Shown piece by piece: positions 27,074-37,258 of a stretch of DNA of 55,750 bases. Both the position numbers and the translations under genes were made by a program. The notes under the pieces were generated by a model, which did not search any database, was not told the origin of the DNA, and was given only the letters and a program-made list of their open reading frames with translations. The DNA is from Candidatus Micrarchaeota archaeon (GTDB lineage Archaea > Micrarchaeota > Micrarchaeia > Micrarchaeales > CABMGC01), in the NCBI GenBank assembly GCA_027315135.1, contig DAHUYR010000021.1, positions 1 through 55,750 on the forward strand, written 5' to 3'. Every line of letters starts with the position of its first letter. Position 1 is the first letter of the stretch.

Positions 27074-30000
27074 CTCCGACTACACTTGACTCTGCAGACT
27101 CCTTTATTACACCTATTGCTACATCGGCGTCAACCACCAGCGAGTCGTTGTGACTGACTACAACAAACTGCACATTCTTGGACATATCCTTTATCAGCTT
27201 AGACAACAGCCTGGAATTATCCTTGTCAAGGGCGGAGTCAACCTCGTCAAACATGTATATCATTGAAGGATTGCGGGTGAATATGGCAAACAGCAGCACG
27301 AGGACCGCTAATGCTTTCTCTCCTCCGGAGAGCTGGATTACGGACCTAGAAGCGCCTGCCTCGCTCACCAACATATCAAGGCCGCTCTGTAGTGGATTTG
27401 ATACGTCACTCAGCCTCAACATTGCCTCTTTGCCCTCGAATATGTGCTTATGCAATTTAGTGAAGTTCTTGCTCACATCGTTAAATGTATCCATGAATAT
27501 CTGAAGCTTCTTCGATTCAATCTCGTTTATCATGTTCAATACTGCCTCCTTCTCCGCTTCAAGAGTCAGAACCTTCGCATCAGCTTCGTTAACCTCCCCT
27601 TTCTTAATATCATATATCTCAGGAGCCCTGAGATTCACATTCCCAAGATCCTTTATCCTAAGGCTCAGGAGATTGGCTTCAGCCTCCATATCCTCTATCT
27701 TGCCATTCACCATTTCAACAGGATTCTCGTAAGAAGCAAATTCTGCCTTTATGTCGCTTAACCGCGTCTCAGTCTGGCTCTTCACTATATTGAGCTCATT
27801 GATCTCCCTCTCCGCTCCGGAAAGCTCTGCGGCAGTCCTGCCATTTTCAATACCAACGGCCTGCAGCTCTGTCTCAATCTTCCTCATCTTCTCATATGCC
27901 TTGGAGGTCACGCTGCTGCTGTTCTTTATCTCCTCTTCAATCTTCTTCCGTGCTTCATCAAGAACCTGCTTCCTCATCTCAAACTCCTTAATGTCCTTCT
28001 TGCTCTTCTCTATCTCGCTGTTCCTTTTCTTCATCGATGAGGCGATGTCAGTCATTCTGGCATTTATCATCTCATTCTCTTTCGAGAGCTCTGCAATCCT
28101 TATGCGCATCCTGTCCAGATTGCTTCTCGCCTCGTTAAGCTTCTTCCTCTCTTCTTCCATGGCTCCCCTGCCTCTCTTTCCCTTATCCGCTGCAGCGAGC
28201 CGTGTCTTCAGTCTTTCTATTTCCATAGCTGTCTCCAGCTTGCTCCTGTCCATACTTGCCAGTTCTCTATCCATATCTGCTGCCTTAACATCAATCTCCT
28301 TGGCACCTGCTACTGAGTCATTAAGCTTCTTCTCCGCTATAGCTATATCTGAGGAGAGCCTCGCAGACATCTCGTTTATCGACTTAAGCTCGCTTTCAAG
28401 CAGCATCTTTTCCTTCCTCGCGTCAAACAATCTGCCTGATATTGCTTCATAAGACTCCCGTGCGGCTTTTTTCTCCGCTTCAAACTTATCTATGCGCATG
28501 TCTATTGTCCTTACGGACACCTTCCCATAGCCGGATCCGCCGCTTATTATTCCAGAGCGCTCTACAAGCTCTCCTTCAATAGTGACATATCTGTGCTTTC
28601 CGATGCCCTTCTTCTTCATCTGCTCAACGTCTTCTGCAAGGAAGGTATCCTCAAATATGTACTCAAAGACCCTGCCGAACTTCTTGTCAAATTTCACAAG
28701 GTCGACAAGCAGGCTCATTCCAGTCTCTTCCCTTTGCGATACTGTCTTTATCTCCTTTAGTGGTATGAATGTGGCCCTTCCAAGGCTATTCCTTTTTACA
28801 TAATCAATTATGCGACTCGCAGAGTCTATGCTGTCTACAACAAAGTATTCCATTCTTGCTCCCGCAGCAGCCTCTACTGCTGCAGAATATTCAAGTTCAT
28901 AAGTGCACAAAGACGCGGCCTTGCCGTAGAAACCGTCCTTCTCCTTGAATGCAGAGGCAAGCCTGGTCTCAAGCTGGCTATTCCTCTGCCTTGCATAGGA
29001 TCTCTGCTCCCTGAGTCCGATTAGCTTCTCGTCCGCTTTTTCTATAGTTGCAGAGACGCCTTTAGAATCGGCATCAAGCTTTTTCAGATCCGAATCTATC
29101 TCCTTCAATCTTGACTCTATCTCCGGAACTCTCTCCCCGAACTTATTCATCTCCGAAACAAGGGACACGGTAGATTTTGAAAATTCTTCAGCCTGCTTCT
29201 TATAAAATTCCTTTCTGTCGAGCATTGCTGACCTATCGGCATTGACTCTTGATACGTGCTCCTGCTCATCCATCAGTTTGCCGCTCAGCTCGAGTATCCT
29301 CTGATTTATCAGCCTTATCTCATCAGCCTTTTCATCAGCAAATCCCAGATAATCAAGTTCAGAGACAATCTTCGCATGTCCCTTCTCCTCCTCCCTCAGC
29401 CTTTCAAGCTCCTTTGAATTAAGCATGATCTTTTCAGCTATTCCTTTGCGTTCAGCCTCAAGCGCCGCTATGTCCATATTGCATTGGCTTATATACTGCT
29501 CACTGTTTGAAAGTTCTGCCTTTACATTTGCCAACTCCGCAGCGGATATTTCAAGCTTCTTGCTTCTTTCCCCGGAAGAGGTGGACCTCTCATTCATCTC
29601 TGATATAAGCGCCTGCCTTTCGGAATTCAGCTGCTCTATTTTCCTATTCACTTCATCGTATTTCTGCTTCAGAACGTTCTTTTTCTGATCTATAACAGCC
29701 ATCTTCTTTACTGCATCATCATAAGACATCTGCAACGCATCCTTCTTCATTGAAAGCAAGCTGAATCTCAGTGATTTAAGCCGTTTGTTGAAATTAACAT
29801 ACGATTCTGCAACCTCCTTCTCCTTCCCAAGCTCCTTCAAGAAGCCTGTCCTTTCATTCAGTAATACTCTTGCCTCGGAGATCTTCTGGTCCACCTTGTC
29901 CAGCTCCTTGAGGCTTTCATCCTTCTTTATATCGAATTCCTTTATCCCTGAAGCTATGTCTATAAGCTCCCTCCTCTCCTTAGGATTCATCTCTATAACA

Positions 30001-30434
30001 TGGCTTATCTCTCCCTGAAGCATCGTATTAGTGTAATCAGACTTTATTCCATGCTTCGCAAGCAGCTCCATCACATCTCCCTTCCTCATGCGCCTGCCGT
30101 TCACCCTGTAGGCATGCTTACCATCGGAGCGTACGTATCGTGTAACCTCTATATTGTCATCTCCGGTAAAGGCGAGCTTCACATACGCCGTATGCAGTCC
30201 CTTCTTCGCTTTGAGTGAATCTGAAAGCAGGTCCCGCATACTGTTAACTCTGAGTCTTTTCCTAGAAGTCACTCCGAGACCGAAAGTAAGCGCATCAAAT
30301 ATTGTGGACTTGCCGGAACCGTTTTTTCCAACCACGCACGTAAAGCCACCATTGAAAAGAAGTTCTGCGTGCTTGAATGACTTGAACCTGTGTAGAGTAA
30401 GTGATTTTAAGTGCAACATGTCCCTGATCGCCAA
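27042..30434 (-). CDS. smc: Chromosome segregation protein SMC
   Basis: FKSF, GKNGSGKS, Q-loop LQG, hinge GRATFIPL/GELVERSGIISGG, LSGGEK, FDEVDSALD, VSH. Confidence 0.96.
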   Translation of the reverse strand: MAIRDMLHLKSLTLHRFKSFKHAELLFNGGFTCVVGKNGSGKSTIFDALTFGLGVTSRKRLRVNSMRDLLSDSLKAKKGLHTAYVKLAFTGDDNIEVTRYVRSDGKHAYRVNGRRMRKGDVMELLAKHGIKSDYTNTMLQGEISHVIEMNPKERRELIDIASGIKEFDIKKDESLKELDKVDQKISEARVLLNERTGFLKELGKEKEVAESYVNFNKRLKSLRFSLLSMKKDALQMSYDDAVKKMAVIDQKKNVLKQKYDEVNRKIEQLNSERQALISEMNERSTSSGERSKKLEISAAELANVKAELSNSEQYISQCNMDIAALEAERKGIAEKIMLNSKELERLREEEKGHAKIVSELDYLGFADEKADEIRLINQRILELSGKLMDEQEHVSRVNADRSAMLDRKEFYKKQAEEFSKSTVSLVSEMNKFGERVPEIESRLKEIDSDLKKLDADSKGVSATIEKADEKLIGLREQRSYARQRNSQLETRLASAFKEKDGFYGKAASLCTYELEYSAAVEAAAGARMEYFVVDSIDSASRIIDYVKRNSLGRATFIPLKEIKTVSQREETGMSLLVDLVKFDKKFGRVFEYIFEDTFLAEDVEQMKKKGIGKHRYVTIEGELVERSGIISGGSGYGKVSVRTIDMRIDKFEAEKKAARESYEAISGRLFDARKEKMLLESELKSINEMSARLSSDIAIAEKKLNDSVAGAKEIDVKAADMDRELASMDRSKLETAMEIERLKTRLAAADKGKRGRGAMEEERKKLNEARSNLDRMRIRIAELSKENEMINARMTDIASSMKKRNSEIEKSKKDIKEFEMRKQVLDEARKKIEEEIKNSSSVTSKAYEKMRKIETELQAVGIENGRTAAELSGAEREINELNIVKSQTETRLSDIKAEFASYENPVEMVNGKIEDMEAEANLLSLRIKDLGNVNLRAPEIYDIKKGEVNEADAKVLTLEAEKEAVLNMINEIESKKLQIFMDTFNDVSKNFTKLHKHIFEGKEAMLRLSDVSNPLQSGLDMLVSEAGASRSVIQLSGGEKALAVLVLLFAIFTRNPSMIYMFDEVDSALDKDNSRLLSKLIKDMSKNVQFVVVSHNDSLVVDADVAIGVIKESAESSVVGVEIAELAKSR

Positions 30435-30623
30435 AATCTAATCTAATTTAAGGAATAAAAAGCTTGCCGTATCCTTCGTTGACAATGTAAAATAAGGAAA
30501 GCTCCAAATTCTTACGTGGCTTTTGCGGCAACAAACAGCAATCTAATAAAGCTGTTAACATAAAAGATATATTTATATATTATAATATATGATATTATAC
30601 TTGAGTAAATAATCGGTGGAAGG

Positions 30624-30896
30624 ATGGAGATAGAGATAGACACTTTGAAACTTCAGAACATGGTTCTCAGGCTGTGCGGTCCAGAAGATGGTGGAGACAT
30701 ACTTGCGTACATCAATACTTCATCAGAAGTGGATCTAAGTGAATTGATCCACAAGTTTATAATCAACGGTGCAGACAGACGGACATTGCTCTCGGAATTA
30801 AGGAGGTTCAGGATAAATGATGCGGACATCGCGGATGCGTTCTCTGAAGCCATAAACAAAATCGCCAGTCGGGCTATACATGGAGAAACTGAATAA
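30624..30896 (+). CDS. Hypothetical helical protein, first gene of the ATPase operon
   Basis: ORF with GGTGG RBS, overlapping the next gene. Confidence 0.65.
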   Translation: MEIEIDTLKLQNMVLRLCGPEDGGDILAYINTSSEVDLSELIHKFIINGADRRTLLSELRRFRINDADIADAFSEAINKIASRAIHGETE

Positions 30897-31545
30897 GTAC
30901 AAAATAAACTATGCTATTGAGGTGAGCGCTAGCGCCAAGAAGAAGCCAAGCCAGCTATACGAGCGCCTTTCAGCAGTAAAGGCTTACAAGGTGACTCGGA
31001 ATGACGACGACCTGACGCTTATTTCTGAAGGGAAAGACAGGCTCTTCAGATGCAATTTAAGCGCAAGCAGCATCTCAATAGAGCTGTTCGCAGAAAAAGC
31101 TGTGGAAAATCCGAAGAAGGAACTTTTGCTAATGCTATTTGAGATATTATCCGGATGCGATTGGCAGTACGGGATAGACCTGACTGACATATATGGCCAT
31201 ATAACAGATTCGTTTGCCAAGAACCAGCTAAACTACTATTCGAATGCAATAAAGGAGATAAATGCAAATGAGTATTCTGACATAGTGCTGGCAAAACGCA
31301 TAATCGGCCTCAAAAGGAAGAACGCTGAGCTTGAAGAAATTGCAGCAAAGCTCCACAATAAACTATCGAGAGTTGCTCCTGATGTGATAATCGGAAGGTT
31401 CAGCCATGGGTCTACCCTGCAGGAAATCATCGAATATACTGGTTTAGACAAACCTGAAGTGGAAGCTGCGCTTAAGGAATTGCCTAATTTAGGCTATAAA
31501 ATAATTGGACACTCCGGCAACAAATTGAATGTGGTTAAGATATGA
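30880..31545 (+). CDS. Hypothetical protein with coiled coil and C-terminal winged-HTH-like segment
   Basis: LKRKNAELEEIAAKL coiled coil; TLQEIIEYTGLDKPEVEAALKEL...GY. Confidence 0.7.
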   Translation: MEKLNKYKINYAIEVSASAKKKPSQLYERLSAVKAYKVTRNDDDLTLISEGKDRLFRCNLSASSISIELFAEKAVENPKKELLLMLFEILSGCDWQYGIDLTDIYGHITDSFAKNQLNYYSNAIKEINANEYSDIVLAKRIIGLKRKNAELEEIAAKLHNKLSRVAPDVIIGRFSHGSTLQEIIEYTGLDKPEVEAALKELPNLGYKIIGHSGNKLNVVKI

Positions 31546-32108
31546 ACGGCATTATTGCATACTATATATCTCAGTTCTACCCGTTAATTATCGGCGTCCT
31601 ATTGTTCTTATTATTAAAATCATTAAACCTTCTGAAGCACAAGACAAAGGTTACCTTGGAAAAATCAACAAGCAGCGAAGTTACTATAGACGAATTAAGC
31701 CATATGCTTTCTAATCCTGTATATGACATACGCGACCTGCCTTCCGAAAGCGATAAGCAGCACTCCATTTATCTATGCGCCTACTTCGGGATGAATGTAT
31801 TCGGAAGTTATGTGATCAACTCAGCAGAGCCTAGGAAAGCAGCTTTCGCGAAGCTGATAGCAGACAGGCTGATAATGCAAGGCATCTCCATAAAAGCTTC
31901 CAGGTCAAATCAAGCAGAAAGCGCCTGGGCATGCACTCTCGGTATAATGGACTTAGACCATGCCTCCAATCTAACGGCATTTCCAGAAAGGCTGGAGATA
32001 TTCTCCCCTTCAAAAGAGGCTCTCCTCAATCACCTACTGAAGCCAAATTCATTATCCGGACCACTTCTCGGCCATCTCGTTAGTTACAATCTAGACATGG
32101 TGAAATAA
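31542..32108 (+). CDS. N-terminally membrane-anchored hypothetical protein
   Basis: Single TM (YPLIIGVLLFLLL), ATGA overlap with the upstream gene. Confidence 0.7.
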   Translation: MNGIIAYYISQFYPLIIGVLLFLLLKSLNLLKHKTKVTLEKSTSSEVTIDELSHMLSNPVYDIRDLPSESDKQHSIYLCAYFGMNVFGSYVINSAEPRKAAFAKLIADRLIMQGISIKASRSNQAESAWACTLGIMDLDHASNLTAFPERLEIFSPSKEALLNHLLKPNSLSGPLLGHLVSYNLDMVK

Positions 32109-32109
32109 G

Positions 32110-32304
32110 ATGAACGGAATTGTGCTCTTGTTCAGGTACGCTGCACAAATCTCAGCAATTGCAGTGTCAGCCATGTCTATGCTGCTAGTGCTTTCAAGCA
32201 ATGCTGGGAGGACGGAACCAGTGCGGAAGCTATTGCTGAAGCAAATTGCAATATTCACCATAATTGCAATATTTTCATTAACTGCATATACGGTGCTCTT
32301 ATGA
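32110..32304 (+). CDS. Small two-TM protein (VirB2/TrbC-pilin-like pattern)
   Basis: Hydrophobic helix, SSNAGRTEPVRKLL loop, second hydrophobic helix. Confidence 0.55.
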   Translation: MNGIVLLFRYAAQISAIAVSAMSMLLVLSSNAGRTEPVRKLLLKQIAIFTIIAIFSLTAYTVLL

Positions 32305-32564
32305 GATATGTTCGTTACAAGCCTGTTATCGGCTACAAAAAGTATGCCGGAGTAATATCAGCATATTTGAATGTCCAAATTGCCATGCTTTCCATATTAA
32401 TGTCAATCGGAATAGGCGAATATGCGATACTGACAATATCTGTCATTGCAATAGTTGTATTTACGCTTGCCAGAAACCGCATCGCTTCGGAAATTAAGCT
32501 CTATCTGGTCCTCCTGCTGCCTAATGCAATCTCTTTAATTGCGATAAATGCGATAATTAGGTGA
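32301..32564 (+). CDS. Small multi-TM protein (VirB3-like position)
   Basis: 2-3 hydrophobic segments; ATGA overlap; directly upstream of the ATPase. Confidence 0.6.
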   Translation: MRYVRYKPVIGYKKYAGVISAYLNVQIAMLSILMSIGIGEYAILTISVIAIVVFTLARNRIASEIKLYLVLLLPNAISLIAINAIIR

Positions 32565-32568
32565 ATGC

Positions 32569-34791
32569 ATGTCAGCACTACGCTCTATCGTAATCAATGC
32601 AGTGCCTTCAGACCTGAACCCGACGCTGCTTGTTGACTCTTTCTTAAACTCAAAGTTCGTGTTAATACACGATAATGCCACAGGTTCAACGCATCTGGTA
32701 ACGGATTCAGATGCAATACCGAGGTCATTGAGTAATTTTGGCATAGCTACCTCAGAAGAAAGTATTGGCTGGGCAGACGGCACTGTAAAACAGTTCAAGG
32801 TATTAACAGTTTATTTATTTGAGGATAACACGCGCTATTACGCAAAAGAAAATCACGCATACGAGAGTAAACTTGCAGACATGTATACGATCCTGAAAGG
32901 CACAGATGCAAGGATTATAATGGCATTCTCCCCGTCAGACATGGCGCATGCAACCGCAATCAAAAAAGCGATAGAGCAGGACATCAGCGACATGGATGTA
33001 AGAGTAACGAAAAATCCAGGCCTGCGGTTGGAAAACAAGAATTACTCAGTACAAGCAGATATTTACCACGATTCGGATAAAAAGAGAATGCTCATGTCTG
33101 CGCTCAACATGCTCAACGATGTAATAATGAGCAACGGCACATCCTATAAACTCTCCATACTTGTGGAAGCATCACAGGATTCGGAAAGTGCCGAAAGGTA
33201 CCTGAAAAGCAAACTGCTGATACTTAACGAGGAGAAGCTTACTGCAAAAAGCCCATTGGAGCTGTATGCTAACATAGAAAGGATTAACAGCATCCCCTTT
33301 TCCCTGGAAAGATGCAGCAAATTGATGTTCTTCTCAGACAAGATACGGAAGCTCCCTGCAATAAAGACTACATTCATTGCTTCAAACACTGGAATAATCG
33401 TGGGTAGTTATGTGCACAAGGGGATAAAAACAACAGATGAAAACCTGTGCATAACAAAAGAGTCCCTTAACCTCGGGGCTATAGTGTCAGGCCTTCCAGG
33501 ATCCGGGAAGACCATATCTGCAAAGAACATACTGGGGCAGATTGCTAAGGAAAAAGGGGCGATGATGGTTATAATATCTCCAAATGATGAATGGAACAAT
33601 TTTGGGCGTTCTAATGGCTTGGAGATAATAAAGATATGCGATTCCCAGAAGCCAATTAACTTTTTCAAATGCGACGACCTGATAAACCCTGAGAAGTTCT
33701 ATGAGGATCTGAGCATGCTCATAGCGTCTGCATCGAACGCTGGTCCGTACAGGAACTCGATAGAGAAGGTGCTGCTTTCTGCGTTCAACAAATCCTACAA
33801 GGAGGGCAGGGACCCTGATCCAAATGCTGTGTATTCAAATATAGAATTAGCCATAATAGAGCAGCACGCAACTGTGACAAACACTTCCATCAAGTACACG
33901 AAACACGGAGAGAACATAAAGGCAGCATTGCAAAATTTAAGACTTATTATATCAAGACCTGAGTTCGCATATAATAACGGGATAAACTTCAGATCCATAA
34001 TTGAGAGAGGCGCAGTATTCGACCTTTCAAACGCCAGCAATAATATGAAACCGTTCTTCTATGCGCTCATACTGAACCAGGTCTATGGCTTTGCAGAATC
34101 TTTTGACATATATGGGGACAACGAACTGCGCATGCTCATATGCATGGAAGAGGCACAGGTGGTATTTAGCAATGACGCCGATTCCGCAGCAAACCATGAT
34201 CTTGAGAACAGGGTGCAGAATTTCAGGAAGAAAGGAATAGGACTGTTCCTGATAACTCACAATGCTACTGACATAAGCCCGAGAATACGCAGGCTGCTGC
34301 AGTTCAAGATGTATTTCAGGCAGAGTGCAGATGTCGCAAAATATGCTGCCAACGATCTGGTATTCAACGAAGAGGAGGAGAGCGAGATAGTGAAGAAAAT
34401 GAAGGTGCTGGGACAGAGGACCTGTGCAGTGAGTTACATGCGCGTGGACGGAAGCCGAAAGCTCCCTGAAACCTCAGTATTCGTCGAGGTTCCGGAAACG
34501 ATTGAGGATCAGACTTACAAAAAAGAGGAGCATGCAGAAAAGAATCCAAAGCTTTTAGACACATTATTCATATTAAAAAGCAGGGAAGGTTCAGGAATAA
34601 CTGGTGCAAGGACTCAGCTGCTATACTTAGGCGAGAGGATAGCAGAATGCATCTCAGACAGCGAGGGAAGAGTGAAGTTTGCAGGCATGTTGCTTAATAA
34701 AAAATATGAATTAGTCATGCTTGGAGAAAAGAAAAAGGATTCGAAAAGGTTCCAAGTCTACGGCGGCAGGCCTGAAGAGCTGCTTGCCTGA
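32569..34791 (+). CDS. VirB4/HerA/FtsK-superfamily ATPase
   Basis: Walker A GLPGSGKT, INFF, VFDLS, Walker B ICMEEAQ, Arg finger RKKGIGLFLITH. Confidence 0.88.
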   Translation: MSALRSIVINAVPSDLNPTLLVDSFLNSKFVLIHDNATGSTHLVTDSDAIPRSLSNFGIATSEESIGWADGTVKQFKVLTVYLFEDNTRYYAKENHAYESKLADMYTILKGTDARIIMAFSPSDMAHATAIKKAIEQDISDMDVRVTKNPGLRLENKNYSVQADIYHDSDKKRMLMSALNMLNDVIMSNGTSYKLSILVEASQDSESAERYLKSKLLILNEEKLTAKSPLELYANIERINSIPFSLERCSKLMFFSDKIRKLPAIKTTFIASNTGIIVGSYVHKGIKTTDENLCITKESLNLGAIVSGLPGSGKTISAKNILGQIAKEKGAMMVIISPNDEWNNFGRSNGLEIIKICDSQKPINFFKCDDLINPEKFYEDLSMLIASASNAGPYRNSIEKVLLSAFNKSYKEGRDPDPNAVYSNIELAIIEQHATVTNTSIKYTKHGENIKAALQNLRLIISRPEFAYNNGINFRSIIERGAVFDLSNASNNMKPFFYALILNQVYGFAESFDIYGDNELRMLICMEEAQVVFSNDADSAANHDLENRVQNFRKKGIGLFLITHNATDISPRIRRLLQFKMYFRQSADVAKYAANDLVFNEEEESEIVKKMKVLGQRTCAVSYMRVDGSRKLPETSVFVEVPETIEDQTYKKEEHAEKNPKLLDTLFILKSREGSGITGARTQLLYLGERIAECISDSEGRVKFAGMLLNKKYELVMLGEKKKDSKRFQVYGGRPEELLA

Positions 34792-34808
34792 GATTCAGCC
34801 CTAGAATA

Positions 34809-36251
34809 TCATATCGGGTTAGGGTGGAATTTCTCCTTTACCTCCGTCATCTCGGTGTTCACTGCGTGCTTCCATGCCTGGAACTCATGCACCGCATTTG
34901 GATAATGCTGGTACATCTCGTTCATCTTCTGCATCTTCTTTACGGTGAAGAGCAGGTTCTTGAAAGCGTCTATGTTTGATATTCCATGCAGGACCTTGTT
35001 GAATGTGCTGGCTATTGTTATCTTAGGGATGTTCCCATAGCTTATCTCAACAGCCTCTTCCTCTGTAAGGAAGTGGTGCATTCCATAGTTTATAAGATCA
35101 TTGTTCAATGACTGCAGATAAACGCGGAATGCTTCCAGCCCTGCGGTCTTGTTTCCATATGACTCGTTGAAAAGCACATTGTACTTCCACAGGAATTCCA
35201 TGCTCGTATCCTTTGCAGCTACTGCTTCTGCAGCTACCTCTCCTGCAAGGACTCCTGCAACCATTGCAGGTCCTATGCCGCCTGCGCTTATCGGGTTCGG
35301 CATCGCCATCGTATCTCCTGCCCCAAGATAGTTTTGGTAGACAAGGCTGTCAAACTGCCTCCTTACTGTTACAGACCAGTATCCCTTGCCGTTGTTGTCT
35401 GTTTCATCTATCTCTGTTTCAGAGATCATCGGATTCCATTTTACATACTCATCTATGAGCATATGCAGCGAATCCTTCCTTCCGAGCCTTTCATTCCTTA
35501 CCTCAAGGCTCTTCTTCTCAACGCCAAGTCCTATGTTTATCCTGCTTCCTTTCTTCGGGAAGACCCAGCCGTAGCCTCCAGGGGCCAGCTGCTGGTTCAG
35601 GTGTATAAGTGCATTCTTTGTATCATAATAACGGTCGTCTTCGCCTGTTGGCTTGAATTTGTATCTGTATCTGCCTGTTGATTCTATATCGTCAGTGCTG
35701 ACCATATTCTCTATATATTCGTTCTTAGGCAGCTTCCTCCTTATGGTGCTTGCAACTCCCAAGCAGTCTATTACAAGTTTGCTTCTTATCTTGAACTGCT
35801 CACCGTTGTGATCCCTTCCAAAGACCCCTACGAGCTTCCCATCCTCTACTATAGGTCCTTCCACCTCATGCAGTGGGACATACTCTGCACCCTCCTTAAC
35901 CGCATAATTGACCAGCTTCTTTGCAAGCTTTGGCCTGTCAAGGCTGTATCCTGCTCCTTCAAACTGGAACTTTTTCTCCAAATCAGGGCTGAACACCAAA
36001 ACCCCGTCAACCTTAAGATCAAGCTCAGGCTCTGTAAGCTGAAGGCCTATCTTTTTGTGTATAAAATCAATATGAGTCTTTGCAACTGCGTCTCCGCAAA
36101 CCCATCCCCAGTTGGTCTTTTTCCCTACTGTGGTGTCTGGGTTCCTGTCAAGCATCACTACCTTAGCTCCGCCTCGTGCAGCTGCTGCAGCGGCAAGCGC
36201 TCCGGATATTCCTGCCCCTGCCACTACTATATCGTATTCAACGTGTTTCAT
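34809..36251 (-). CDS. Geranylgeranyl reductase family FAD oxidoreductase
   Basis: GAGISG, CGDA, LDR, PGGYGWVFP, GAGD....NPISAGGI. Confidence 0.88.
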   Translation of the reverse strand: MKHVEYDIVVAGAGISGALAAAAAARGGAKVVMLDRNPDTTVGKKTNWGWVCGDAVAKTHIDFIHKKIGLQLTEPELDLKVDGVLVFSPDLEKKFQFEGAGYSLDRPKLAKKLVNYAVKEGAEYVPLHEVEGPIVEDGKLVGVFGRDHNGEQFKIRSKLVIDCLGVASTIRRKLPKNEYIENMVSTDDIESTGRYRYKFKPTGEDDRYYDTKNALIHLNQQLAPGGYGWVFPKKGSRINIGLGVEKKSLEVRNERLGRKDSLHMLIDEYVKWNPMISETEIDETDNNGKGYWSVTVRRQFDSLVYQNYLGAGDTMAMPNPISAGGIGPAMVAGVLAGEVAAEAVAAKDTSMEFLWKYNVLFNESYGNKTAGLEAFRVYLQSLNNDLINYGMHHFLTEEEAVEISYGNIPKITIASTFNKVLHGISNIDAFKNLLFTVKKMQKMNEMYQHYPNAVHEFQAWKHAVNTEMTEVKEKFHPNPI

Positions 36252-36444
36252 GATGACCTGCCTTTCTCTTTATTACCACTATAGGTATGACATTATCCTC
36301 AAATTCGATCTCCGCCAGCTCAAGAGGATCGTAAACGTGCTCCGGTACCTTTATCAGGGGCGGCGCTCCGTATGCCAGCTGAAGGGCCCTTGCCCCTATT
36401 ATGCTTGCCTTCTCGAATTTTGTATACTCCATAGTAAAGACCAT
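36238..36444 (-). CDS. rpoK: RNA polymerase subunit K (Rpo6)
   Basis: YTKFEKASIIGARALQLAYGAP..DPLELAEIEF. Confidence 0.95.
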   Translation of the reverse strand: MVFTMEYTKFEKASIIGARALQLAYGAPPLIKVPEHVYDPLELAEIEFEDNVIPIVVIKRKAGHHETR

Positions 36445-36530
36445 ATTATAAGAATCAAAAACGCATATGTCTATTAGATAAAAAGGCTTTTAAAGTTTTA
36501 TAAAATACGGACATCCTTTTAAAGCTGGCA

Positions 36531-37238
36531 TTACCTGATTTCCTTGTAGTGATCTTTGGGCTTCTTGAGAAGGTGGTACCTGAATACGTTTGATATATGG
36601 AAGATGAAGAACCCGCTAACTCCCCATGCCTTTATCCTGCGCACGCTTGTATAAACTACCGCATCATTCGAATAAACTATTCTGCCGCTCTTCTTCAGCC
36701 TGCCTGACAGATCCCAGTCCTCATACGTTATGAGTCTTTCGTTGAAACCGCCTTGCTTGTTGAAATCGCTCTTTCTAACAGCAAAATTAGAACCTACTAA
36801 GGACGGTCTGCCAATCTTTATGCTCATTCTCACAAAAAATATCGAGACAAATTTGTATCCCGCAACCATCTTTCTGCTTGCCTTCTCCAGAGGCAGTATC
36901 GGCCCTGTTGCAGCGGCAACTGCATTATCCTCAAATATCCTATTATATACCTTAAGCAGATCTTTCGATGGTTTTGTGTCTGCATCAAGAAAGAGCAAAA
37001 CCTTTCCTTTCGCAGCTTTTGCACCAGTATTCCTTGCGGCAGAAGCTCCCTTCTTCCTATCAACAAGAACCTTTGCATTATGCTTGGAAGCTATCTTCGC
37101 AGTGTCATCAACGCTTCCTCCGTCAACCACTATCACCTCGAAATTCTTGAACGACTGTTTGCTCAAGCCCTCAAAAGGTATGTGCATATACTTCTCTTCA
37201 TTCAGCGCAGGTATAATCACGCTTATATCCGGACCCAT
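36531..37238 (-). CDS. Glycosyltransferase family 2
   Basis: SVIIPALNEE, VVDGGSVD, ARNTG, FLDAD, GGFNE...ED. Confidence 0.92.
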   Translation of the reverse strand: MGPDISVIIPALNEEKYMHIPFEGLSKQSFKNFEVIVVDGGSVDDTAKIASKHNAKVLVDRKKGASAARNTGAKAAKGKVLLFLDADTKPSKDLLKVYNRIFEDNAVAAATGPILPLEKASRKMVAGYKFVSIFFVRMSIKIGRPSLVGSNFAVRKSDFNKQGGFNERLITYEDWDLSGRLKKSGRIVYSNDAVVYTSVRRIKAWGVSGFFIFHISNVFRYHLLKKPKDHYKEIR

Positions 37239-37258
37239 ATGTTCATCTAATTAACATT

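Noticed and set aside
27042..30434. Absence of scpA next to smc
   Set aside because: scpA/scpB are often unlinked; cannot be judged from one window
30575..30590. Perfect 16-bp palindrome ATATATTATAATATAT in the smc/ATPase-operon divergent promoter
   Set aside because: AT-only and overlapping likely TATA boxes; expected by chance in such a tract
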